A stretch of DNA of 63,471 nucleotides, counting the filler, from Deltaproteobacteria bacterium (GTDB lineage Bacteria; JACQOV01), in NCBI GenBank assembly GCA_016202395.1. It is 5 parts of 5 records of this genome, joined end to end, with 100 filler letters (N's around TTAATTAATTAA, not from the genome) between each part and the next. Parts side by side here need not be neighbours in the genome. Positions count along the whole stretch, not along the records: positions 55,088 to 58,731 come from JACQOV010000012.1; positions 58,832 to 63,471 come from JACQOV010000014.1; 3 more parts are not named here. One strand, 5' to 3'. Positions 56,224 through 63,471 of this stretch are shown piece after piece; positions within the stretch are counted from its first letter, which is position 1, and every line of letters begins with the position of its first letter. The notes below the pieces were generated by a model that searched no databases, was not told the DNA's origin, and worked only from the letters and a program-made list of their open reading frames with translations. The position numbers and the translations under genes were made by a program.

Positions 56224-57500
56224 AACCGTAGGATCCATTGCAAAATAGTAGCTTTCAGTAAAGACTCTTCATACTCCTTTTCAGGATCCGAATCGGCAAC
56301 GATCCCACCCCCCGCAGCATAGCAAAGTTTATCCCCAATGCGCCAGGCAGTTCGAATGGCAACGTTGAAATGCAGGCTCCCATCAAAACCCAAATAACCG
56401 ATGGCGCCAGTGTACACCTCCCGAGGCGAGGGTTCCAATTCCTCTAAAATCTGGAGCGCGCGCAACTTAGGGGCTCCAGTTACCGACCCTCCAGGAAAAC
56501 AGGCGCGAAGGATATCGATTCGATCACAATCCTCTCGAACCCTACCACGCACCTGTGACACCAAATGATGAACCGTCCCGTAACTGCGCGCCTCACAAAG
56601 TTTAGGGACCTGCACCGAACCGATTTCGCACACACGACTGAGATCGTTTCGCTCTAGATCGACGATCATGAGATTTTCAGCGCGATCTTTGGTGGAAGTG
56701 AGCAGCTCCTCACAAAGCCGAGCGTCCTCCACAGTTGTCGCGCCTCGCGGTCGCGTCCCTTTAATCGGCCAGGTTTCCAAGACACGTGTTTGAGGATCGT
56801 ACTTTAAAAAACACTCGGGGGAATTCGAGAGAATCTCTAAATCTCCACAGCGTAAATAAGCTCCGTAAGGGACGGGATGATTCTTACACAAACCTAGAAA
56901 AGCTTGGGCTAACGAAGCGGAGCAAGGGATCGTAAATCGTTGAGTCAAATTGGCTTGATAGATGTCGCCGGCAGCAATATAGATTTGAATTTTCTTGATT
57001 CTGTCCATGTATGCATTGCGCGAAAGATTTGAAAAAGATTCAAGATCACTCCCCCGACCTCCCCCTCTTACTTTAGGAGAGAAAAAGGGGAAGTGATCCA
57101 TCTTGTCGTAAAAACCAAAAAAGAGTGTGGGAAGCTCGGTGGGACCCCTTTGGGATTCGATTCCCAATCCTAAGGAAGACCAGAGTTCGTAACCCAAAAA
57201 ACCAACCGCAGCGCCATAACTCTTCCCCTCACCCTCAACCCTCTCCCCTCTGGGGAGAGGGAATGGGTGAGGGGCTTCGGTAGAATAACGATCCAAGAGT
57301 TTTCTTAACTCTAAAAGAGGATCTGCTTCAAAAGTGGTGGTTTTACCTCTCTCCTGAATCGTCACCTGACGTCCATACGCCGTGATCGTGAGGAAGGGGT
57401 CTACTCCCCATAAAATCCCTCCCCAGTGGGGAGGTCTTCCCGTGCCACAGAAGCAAAACCCAATCTCCTTTTCCCTTATCTTCGAGAGGATTTTCCGCAT
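56127..57500 (-). CDS. pabB: Aminodeoxychorismate synthase component I (chorismate-binding family)
   Basis: GDIYQANL, SPECFL, PIKGTRPRG, AENLMIVDL.RND, FPGGSVTGAPK. Confidence 0.88.
   Translation of the reverse strand: MRKILSKIREKEIGFCFCGTGRPPHWGGILWGVDPFLTITAYGRQVTIQERGKTTTFEADPLLELRKLLDRYSTEAPHPFPLPRGERVEGEGKSYGAAVGFLGYELWSSLGLGIESQRGPTELPTLFFGFYDKMDHFPFFSPKVRGGGRGSDLESFSNLSRNAYMDRIKKIQIYIAAGDIYQANLTQRFTIPCSASLAQAFLGLCKNHPVPYGAYLRCGDLEILSNSPECFLKYDPQTRVLETWPIKGTRPRGATTVEDARLCEELLTSTKDRAENLMIVDLERNDLSRVCEIGSVQVPKLCEARSYGTVHHLVSQVRGRVREDCDRIDILRACFPGGSVTGAPKLRALQILEELEPSPREVYTGAIGYLGFDGSLHFNVAIRTAWRIGDKLCYAAGGGIVADSDPEKEYEESLLKATILQWILRFPLTLGPLPSGERKKKKGESMSFSSSPLWGED
57225..57274. repeat. 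Palindromic repeat inserted in-frame in pabB
   Basis: cccctcaccc...ccctctcccc-tct-ggggagaggg...gggtgagggg, translated as PHPFPLPRGERVEGEG. Confidence 0.85.
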
Positions 57501-57604
57501 GACCTCAAGATGTATTCCAACACCCTCTCTTTGTCAAAGAATGCCCCTCGGGAACCCCAAATCGATTGACAACACAAAGCTCTGTCTGCTAGCTTAAGAC
57601 CTCA

Positions 57605-58399
57605 ATGCATCCGATTCTGCTGAACTTCGGAGATATTAAGATCTATACCTACGGGGTCGCGATGGCCCTCTCCTTCACCATCGCTATCTACCTCGCCCTA
57701 AAAAGAACCGAGAAAGAGAAAAAAAACCCGATCATCACTCTGGATTTAAGCTTTTGGGTTTTGATCAGCTCCATTCTTGGCGCCAGAATCCTTTTCATCC
57801 TAACCCGATGGGACGAGTACCTGCAGTACCCCATGGAGATATTCAAAATCTGGAAGGGAGGGCTGGTTTACTACGGCGGGCTTATCGGAGCCGTGATCGG
57901 CGGATGGATTTATCTGCGCACTAAGAGGGCTCCGGGCTTTGTCTACCTCGACATCATTGCTCCGTACGCGGCCCTCGGTCTTGCGATTCATCGCGCTCTG
58001 GGCTGTTTCGTGGGAACCGGCTGTTGCTACGGGAAGCCAACCGAGGCCCCTTGGGGGGTTACATTTCCGTCGGGAAGTCCAGCCGCTGCTGCCTTTGGCC
58101 CTAATGTTTCGGTTCATCCCACTCAGCTCTATGAATCTTTGAATGGCCTCGTGATCTTTCTCTTCCTTAAATGGTTTGCTCGATACAAAAAGATCATCCA
58201 TGGAGAAGAGACGGCTCTCTTTTTTATGATCTATAGTGTGAACCGATTCGTGATCGAATTCTTTCGAGGAGACAAAATCCGCGGATCTGTAGGCTTTCTT
58301 TCCACTTCACAATTTATCTCTGCTCTCATGTTTGTTACTGGAGTAGGCCTGTTCTGGTGGCTGCGCACTCAAAAAACCAAAGGCCCGGCTGCGGCTTGA
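57605..58399 (+). CDS. lgt: Prolipoprotein diacylglyceryl transferase
   Basis: GARI, IW.GGL.YYGG, GCCYG, HPTQLYE, RF.IEFFRGD. Confidence 0.95.
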   Translation: MHPILLNFGDIKIYTYGVAMALSFTIAIYLALKRTEKEKKNPIITLDLSFWVLISSILGARILFILTRWDEYLQYPMEIFKIWKGGLVYYGGLIGAVIGGWIYLRTKRAPGFVYLDIIAPYAALGLAIHRALGCFVGTGCCYGKPTEAPWGVTFPSGSPAAAAFGPNVSVHPTQLYESLNGLVIFLFLKWFARYKKIIHGEETALFFMIYSVNRFVIEFFRGDKIRGSVGFLSTSQFISALMFVTGVGLFWWLRTQKTKGPAAA

Positions 58400-58410
58400 T
58401 CCGGTTAGAC

Positions 58411-58590
58411 TGTGAATATCCCTTTACAACCCTCTGTTAAAATTTCTTAACAACAAAAAGACCAATGAAAATAGAGAGTTGAGAAGACTCCTCTGTTAGA
58501 TTGTTCAAAATCTTTAACAAGCGACCCCCTTCGAAAAATCGGGCTTTTCTTCTCAGAAAGTAAAAAATATCCTTTGAAATCAACGACTTC
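58411..58590 (+). promoter_or_regulatory. Three TGT-N12-ACA sites plus an IHF-like site (sigma54 enhancer)
   Basis: Sites at 58411, 58435 and 58502; AATCAACGACTT at 58578. Confidence 0.65.
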
Positions 58591-58618
58591 AAAAAAATGT
58601 GCGGGAGACGACCCCACT

Positions 58619-58634
58619 TGGCACAAGATTTGCA
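58619..58634 (+). promoter_or_regulatory. Sigma54 promoter; target gene lost in the gap
   Basis: TGGCACAAGATTTGCA. Confidence 0.85.
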
Positions 58635-58646
58635 TTAAACAACTGG

Positions 58647-58731
58647 GAGTCTGTTGAAAAAACCTACTTTGTCATTGCGAGCGAAGCGAAGCAATCTCCA
58701 GGGGATTGCTTCGGCCCCTTTCGCTCCGCTC
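58647..58731. repeat. MITE/RPE-like repeat, truncated by the contig end
   Basis: GAGTCTGTTGAAAAA end followed by GTCATTGCGAGCGAAGCGAAGCAATC...GATTGCTTCG palindrome. Confidence 0.7.
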
Positions 58732-58831
58732 NNNNNNNNNNNNNNNNNNNNNNNNNNNNNNNNNNNNNNNNNNNNTTAATTAATTAANNNNNNNNNNNNN
58801 NNNNNNNNNNNNNNNNNNNNNNNNNNNNNNN
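58732..58831. other. Artificial contig linker
   Basis: N-run with TTAATTAATTAA. Confidence 0.97.
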
Positions 58832-58975
58832 GCTGCTTTGCGAAGCCTACAGTGGCCAGCCCGCATTGCTGCGCAAAGCGCTGCTGGCGGGCTAGGCGAG
58901 AAATGCTAGCGAGTTCAGAGACCTACCTCCTTTAGAGGGGTTAAAAATTTCTTGCGTGAGCGAAAAGGATATCCT
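58832..58975. repeat. Repeat of the same family as 25397-25830, inverted
   Basis: 58891-58945 is the reverse complement of 25681-25735 (3 mismatches); the end matches 25397-25430. Confidence 0.85.
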
Positions 58976-59063
58976 GACCTGAAAACTGGGGGCGAGTGGC
59001 GATGAGCGGTTGACTGAGGTTCTTCCCCTATGTTAGTCTGCGGGCATTTCAGGAGGGATTTTC

Positions 59064-60071
59064 ATGTCATGGGTCACTCGAGATTTTATTCGGGAATGTG
59101 AAACCAAAGTTCTAGCTGGAAAACAGCTCGAATTCGACGAAGGGCTTCAACTCATCTCTGTGGAGGGGCCCGATGTCATTGATCTCATCGCGGCGGCCAA
59201 TCGGGTGCGCCATGAGTTTAAAGGGGACATGATTAGTCTCTGCTCGATCGTCAACGCTAAAAGTGGAGCTTGCTCGGAGAACTGTTCGTTTTGCGCTCAA
59301 TCGGCCCATTTCAAAACCGAAATTGAAACCTACCCCTTGATGAATGCCGACGAGATTGTGCAGGCGGCGCAAGAGGTGGAGAGCCATGGGGCACAAGCCT
59401 TGGGGATTGTGGCGGCTTGGAAGGGTTTGAAAGAGGGGCCTGTCTTGGAGAATGTTTTGGATCGCCTTCGAGTGCTCTCCAGCACGGGGCTTCAGGCCGA
59501 TGCATCGTTGGGAATTATCTCCGATCCTCAGATTGCTCATAAGCTCAAGGAGGCGGGGCTTCACACCTACAATCATAATTTGGAGACGGCCGAGAGCCAT
59601 TTTAACCAGATCTGCACGACGCATACCTACCAAGATCGAGTTCAGACGATTCGGTTTTTGAAAGAGGCGGGGGTCCGAATCTGTTCCGGTGGAATTTTTG
59701 GGATGGGGGAAAACCTAAAACAGCGCGTTGAGATGGCCATGGCGCTGCGCGAGTTGGAGGTCGATGTGGTTCCGCTCAATTTTCTTCACGCGATTCACGG
59801 GACCCCTCTCGAAGGAGTGGAGTCCTTGGTTCCGATGGAGATTTTAAAGATCATTGCAACCTATCGCATGTTGCTTCCCGAAAAAGATATTATGACAGCC
59901 GGTGGACGAGAGTTGCATCTGCGCGATCTGCAATCTTGGATGTACGCGGCAGGCGCAAGTCACACCTTAATTGGAAATTATTTGACTACCGAGGGGCGCA
60001 AAGCCGGAGAAGATCTTCGCATGATTCGAGACCTCGGTCTCAAGGTGGCTAGCGATGTCGTTATGGCTTAA
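59064..60071 (+). CDS. bioB: Biotin synthase (radical SAM)
   Basis: NAKSGACSENCSFCAQS, YNHNLET, CSGGIFGMGE, VPLNFL, GNYLTT.G. Confidence 0.92.
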   Translation: MSWVTRDFIRECETKVLAGKQLEFDEGLQLISVEGPDVIDLIAAANRVRHEFKGDMISLCSIVNAKSGACSENCSFCAQSAHFKTEIETYPLMNADEIVQAAQEVESHGAQALGIVAAWKGLKEGPVLENVLDRLRVLSSTGLQADASLGIISDPQIAHKLKEAGLHTYNHNLETAESHFNQICTTHTYQDRVQTIRFLKEAGVRICSGGIFGMGENLKQRVEMAMALRELEVDVVPLNFLHAIHGTPLEGVESLVPMEILKIIATYRMLLPEKDIMTAGGRELHLRDLQSWMYAAGASHTLIGNYLTTEGRKAGEDLRMIRDLGLKVASDVVMA

Positions 60072-60969
60072 GGTTTGGGCGCCTGCAAGCATTGGGAACG
60101 TCGGTCCTGGATTCGATGTTCTTGGGATGGCCGTCAAAGAATTTGGGGATGCCGTTTCGGTCCATCGCTCCGATCATCGGGGGATTCGAATCGTTGAGAT
60201 CGAAGGGGCTGAAGGGCTCCCTTTGGATCCGCGTGAAAACACCGCGGGGATTGCGGCTCAAGAGGTTTTGCGCTTAACGAAGCGTTCCGTTGGAATAGAG
60301 CTCCGTTTAAAAAAAGGGGTCCCGGGAAGTGGCTTGGGCAGTAGCGCGGCGAGCGCCGTGGCGGCGGCATTTGCGGTGAATGAGCTTTTGGGCAGGCCTT
60401 TGGATAAAACGATTCTGCTCCGAGCCGCTCTCGAGGCAGAGTATCACGTCAGTGGCGCCCGTTTTCTCGACAATGTGGGGGCCTCTCTTTACGGGGGGGT
60501 GGTGGTTGCTGATCCTTTGCGTCGAGAGGTCCTTCCGCTTGGGACGGTGTCACGAGCCGTGATCGTTCTACTGACCCCTGCGAAAAAAGTTTCGACGCGT
60601 CTGGCTCGGCAAGTTCTTCCTAAAAAGGTTCCGCTTCAGGGCGCGATCTCTAATCTTTCTAAAGCCTGTCAGATCGTGGCTGCGGTCGCCCAAAATGATG
60701 TAGCGTTATTCGGCGCTTCGATCCAAGATTTTTTGATCGAGCCCCATCGCGCTCGACTCATTCCCGGTTTTCAACGAGTGAAAACGGCAGCCCTTCAAGC
60801 AGGCGCGCTCGGATGCGCCATCAGCGGGGCCGGTTCCACAATATTCGCGGTTTGTGGAGGTCATCCACAGGGGGCGAGAGTGGGGTTAGCGATGAGAAGA
60901 GCCTTTCCTGCGGAGGCTAGCTTTACAATAACCTCGATAGATTCCCACGGCGCCCGCCGAATCGCGTGA
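60055..60969 (+). CDS. thrB: Homoserine kinase
   Basis: APASIGNVGPGFDVLG, GSGLGSSAAS, DNV, ISGAG.T. Confidence 0.93.
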   Translation: MSLWLKVWAPASIGNVGPGFDVLGMAVKEFGDAVSVHRSDHRGIRIVEIEGAEGLPLDPRENTAGIAAQEVLRLTKRSVGIELRLKKGVPGSGLGSSAASAVAAAFAVNELLGRPLDKTILLRAALEAEYHVSGARFLDNVGASLYGGVVVADPLRREVLPLGTVSRAVIVLLTPAKKVSTRLARQVLPKKVPLQGAISNLSKACQIVAAVAQNDVALFGASIQDFLIEPHRARLIPGFQRVKTAALQAGALGCAISGAGSTIFAVCGGHPQGARVGLAMRRAFPAEASFTITSIDSHGARRIA

Positions 60970-60981
60970 AGCGGGGGTGAC

Positions 60982-61009
60982 CTGGATTCCCGTTTGCACG
61001 GGAATGACG
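60982..61009. repeat. dRS3/RPE-like palindrome downstream of thrB
   Basis: ctggattcccgtttgcacgggaatgacg. Confidence 0.8.
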
Positions 61010-61064
61010 AAAACAGAATTCCTATCTCTTGGCAATAGAGTTGGAATATGGCATAAATAGGCCC

Positions 61065-61688
61065 ATGATTCTAGATGAACTCACGTGGTTTCAGCATTCT
61101 GCGTTTCTTTGGGACAGAGGGATCAAGATCTATTTGGATCCCTGGGGACTTCCTGAGAGGCCTGAAATCGCTGATATCATTTTGATTACTCACGATCACC
61201 ACGATCATCTCTCTGAACAGGACCTTCGAAAAATTCTTTCTCCAAAAACAGTGATTGTGGCTCCCCCCGATTGTCAGAAGAGGCTCGTTGGGAACGTCGT
61301 TCTCTTAAAGGCAGGTGAGAGTACCACAATTCAAGGGGTAAAAATTACCGCAACCCCAGCCTACACGATGAAGACCTCCCATCATTCTAAAGAGAAAGCC
61401 TGGGTCGGCTATCTTGTGGAAGTGGGAGGAGAGAAGATTTACCATGCCGGTGATACCGACTTTATCCCGGAGATGAACTCGATCAAAACCGATCTTGCGT
61501 TGTTACCTATCGGCGGCGCTACCACAATGAATTGGGAAGAGGCGGCCAAAGCGGCGGAAGCGATTCAACCTCGAGTCGCTGCCATTCCGATGCATTTTGG
61601 CGCTGGGGTGGGATCTCTTTGGGATGCGAAGAAGTTTGCCGAAAGGGTGAAGGTTCCTGTCGAGATTTTAACCCCCGTGTTTGGGTAG
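61065..61688 (+). CDS. Metallo-beta-lactamase fold hydrolase
   Basis: IYLDP, THDHHDH, YHAGDT, LPIGG..TM, IPMH. Confidence 0.92.
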   Translation: MILDELTWFQHSAFLWDRGIKIYLDPWGLPERPEIADIILITHDHHDHLSEQDLRKILSPKTVIVAPPDCQKRLVGNVVLLKAGESTTIQGVKITATPAYTMKTSHHSKEKAWVGYLVEVGGEKIYHAGDTDFIPEMNSIKTDLALLPIGGATTMNWEEAAKAAEAIQPRVAAIPMHFGAGVGSLWDAKKFAERVKVPVEILTPVFG

Positions 61689-61897
61689 AAAACGTCTATG
61701 GTCCAATTTTAAATATCACTTTACATTTGGCCAGCCAAACGTAAAGTTAACTTTTCACCTAGCTTCCCCGATGTCCTTCGCCAAGAGGGATGAGCCTTAA
61801 ACATTGTTTCACTATGGCATCATTCGTCAATCGATAGGTATTACCTGCGAATCGTCGCCCATTGCGGATAGCGGGAGTTGCTTGCTATAATGAACTT

Positions 61898-62131
61898 ATG
61901 GACATTCGACATTACAAATTTAATCGAATCACGTTAAACCCCGATAAATGTTTTGGAAAGCCCTGCATTCGAGGATTAAGGATGCCCATCGCTTCTATTC
62001 TCGCTTATTTGGGTTCTGGGATGACTGTTGAAGAGATGCTGAAAGAATGGCCCGAGTCGGAGCTAGAAGATATTTATCAAGCGTTGGGATACGCGGCCTT
62101 ATCGATGGAAGAACGCATTGTTGCCGTATAA
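61898..62131 (+). CDS. DUF433 family putative antitoxin
   Basis: [36 protein letters not shown] 6 nt upstream of ATG. Confidence 0.88.
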   Translation: MDIRHYKFNRITLNPDKCFGKPCIRGLRMPIASILAYLGSGMTVEEMLKEWPESELEDIYQALGYAALSMEERIVAV

Positions 62132-62146
62132 TCTGGACGGTGTGGC

Positions 62147-62208
62147 ATGAAGTTGTTATAGAGGACAACGCGCTTCGTCTCCGACGTCTCCCTATCGATG
62201 GGATATAG
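62147..62208 (+). pseudogene. Remnant of a DUF5615 PIN-like toxin (internal deletion)
   Basis: ATG-AAG-TTG start overlapping, out of frame, VVIEDNALRLRRLPIDGI-stop, a typical C-terminus of this family. Confidence 0.6.
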
Positions 62209-62211
62209 CTG

Positions 62212-62787
62212 CTATTTTAGGATCGAACGGATCTCGGCGCGGGCTTTTTGGAATTCGTCTTCGGATAAAACTGGCCTGGGTGAGCCAATTTCGATCGAGT
62301 CTTCTAAATCGACCCACGAGCGACAACCTAAATAGCTTTTTCTTTCTTCACAAATTTGAGGTTTTCCCAAAAGAAAAGTCCGGACGAAAAGTATTTTAAT
62401 CGATTCCTTGGGCCGAAAATTTTGATAGCGATCTAAGAGGGACTGCGGCGTATAAATCGTTTTTTCGCTCAACGCTTTGAGCGTTTCGATGTCGGTGGTT
62501 TCTTTAGAATCGACCACTTGAGCGAGGCTTGAGATCCGAATCTTCCCTTCCGCCGGCTGCAAAGCTCTCGCTTGCCCCAAAATCGATTGAAACTGCGGCC
62601 GTATCTGATCCTCCGATTGGTGATAGCGCGTGGGGTAGAGGAGGAACATCGGTGATTCCACGTCGAACCCCGGGTCCATGATTCCTCCTTTGCGGAGCAG
62701 AATCACCTGCTTTCCGGATTCTAGCGCCGCCACCACACTGGCCCATTCTTTGAGCGCTTTTTTAAGATCAGGTTGAGTTTGTATCAT
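62212..62787 (-). CDS. DUF1802 family protein
   Basis: ALKEWA.V..AL..G.Q.ILLRKGGI, FLLYPT..HQ, Y.GCRSWV.L. Confidence 0.9.
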   Translation of the reverse strand: MIQTQPDLKKALKEWASVVAALESGKQVILLRKGGIMDPGFDVESPMFLLYPTRYHQSEDQIRPQFQSILGQARALQPAEGKIRISSLAQVVDSKETTDIETLKALSEKTIYTPQSLLDRYQNFRPKESIKILFVRTFLLGKPQICEERKSYLGCRSWVDLEDSIEIGSPRPVLSEDEFQKARAEIRSILK

Positions 62788-62802
62788 GCTTTGATTCCCT
62801 CC

Positions 62803-63138
62803 TCATGCCGCTCTTCCCATGCCCTTTGCAAGCAGGTAAGAGATGTACTGATTTAGACTAATTCCTTCATCCTTTGCTTTTTCGCTCAAAGCTTTATGGA
62901 GACTCCGAGGGATCCGTGCGAGCACCTTTCCGCTGACTTCTTCTGCAGCAGGAGTCGCTTGCGGGACGGAGCGCCCTTCCTTTCTAGCTACTTCAAGCCA
63001 TAAATCTGAGGCCACATGAATCTCCTTTAGAGCTTCATCTTCCGTTTCTCCAAAAGCGGAACATCCAGGAAGGTCTGGAATGGTTGCAATATACCCTTGA
63101 TCTTCTTTGCTATAGAAAACTTTGATAGGGTAGCGCAT
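62803..63138 (-). CDS. hicB: HicB family antitoxin
   Basis: GYIA.IPDLPGCSAFGET.DEA, SGK...RIP.SLH..L...A..EGISLNQY. Confidence 0.92.
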   Translation of the reverse strand: MRYPIKVFYSKEDQGYIATIPDLPGCSAFGETEDEALKEIHVASDLWLEVARKEGRSVPQATPAAEEVSGKVLARIPRSLHKALSEKAKDEGISLNQYISYLLAKGMGRAA

Positions 63139-63139
63139 T

Positions 63140-63238
63140 TTATTCCACCTCCTTCAGTTTGTAATCTTCGATTAACCTTAACAGTTGCTTTACTTGATAC
63201 GGCTTGGCCTTTCCTCCCACATTCTGAAAATTGAGTAA
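63140..63238 (-). pseudogene. hicA: C-terminal remnant of HicA toxin
   Basis: Manual translation LLNFQNVGGKAKPYQVKQLLRLIEDYKLKEVE-stop; preceded by in-frame TAG, no start codon. Confidence 0.78.
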
Positions 63239-63300
63239 CTATCGTATATAATATCATCTGTCAATCAGCCGAGGGTGGCAACCCCTTTTCTGCGACAGGG

Positions 63301-63471
63301 TGTTAAAGATTCTTCACACCTCCACTGTGAAGGAAATTTCATAGGTAATACAATGGAATATCAATGGGTTAAACAATCTTTTCGATTTGTGTGTTAATTT
63401 TTTTTAACAGAGGTTTTAAGCCCAAGCTTAAACCCCATTCAGAGGTTTTTAAAAAAATCATTTAAAATCAA
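63301..63471 (+). promoter_or_regulatory. Three TGT-N12-ACA(-like) sites plus the start of an IHF-like site
   Basis: Sites at 63301, 63326 (ends ATA) and 63392; AATCAA at 63466. Confidence 0.55.

Noticed and set aside
8818-58831. TTAATTAATTAA repeated four times within N-runs
   Set aside because: Artificial six-frame-stop linker. Adjacencies across these gaps (secA/AbiE, polX/nar, pilus/pab, sigma54 promoter/bioB) are not biological evidence.
61030-61045. TGGCAATAGAGTTGGA as a sigma54 promoter
   Set aside because: The -12 GC is replaced by GG and no enhancer-like sites are nearby.
63027-63257. 76-aa ORF upstream of hicB as the toxin
   Set aside because: Wrong frame; the HicA-like peptide is in another frame (63140-63238) and lacks a start.

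Overview
Bacterial draft or metagenome-assembled sequence made of five contigs joined by artificial 100-nt linkers (N44-TTAATTAATTAA-N44 at 8818, 25831, 54988 and 58732). Gene content suggests a diderm deltaproteobacteria-like organism (inference). Housekeeping genes include pfkA, argJ, partial secA, hppA, tRNA-Lys, mgsA, polX, pabB/pabC-like, lgt, bioB and thrB. The window also holds the distal half of a respiratory nitrate reductase operon (narH-J-I, hemerythrin-like, 2x narK, porin), a large MSHA-like type IV pilus cluster, five toxin-antitoxin loci (two with the toxin deleted) and many palindromic repeats and MITEs, some translated inside genes. The most striking structure is a 7.9-kb islet (33469-41406) bounded by a perfect 38-bp direct repeat that duplicates the 3' end of a phosphoribosyltransferase gene. 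It encodes a Cache sensor kinase, a sigma54 activator, a sigma54 promoter, an outer-membrane porin and a 13-heme lipoprotein cytochrome, with IS5-like debris at both ends and no integrase. This is a candidate self-regulated, horizontally acquired porin-cytochrome electron-transfer module. Other highlights are a candidate Na+-sensing riboswitch before a divergent membrane pyrophosphatase, a BioB with altered auxiliary-cluster ligands, a recurring sigma54 enhancer architecture, and palindromic repeats located in a prepilin leader peptide. All family calls come from motif recognition; no database searches were run.
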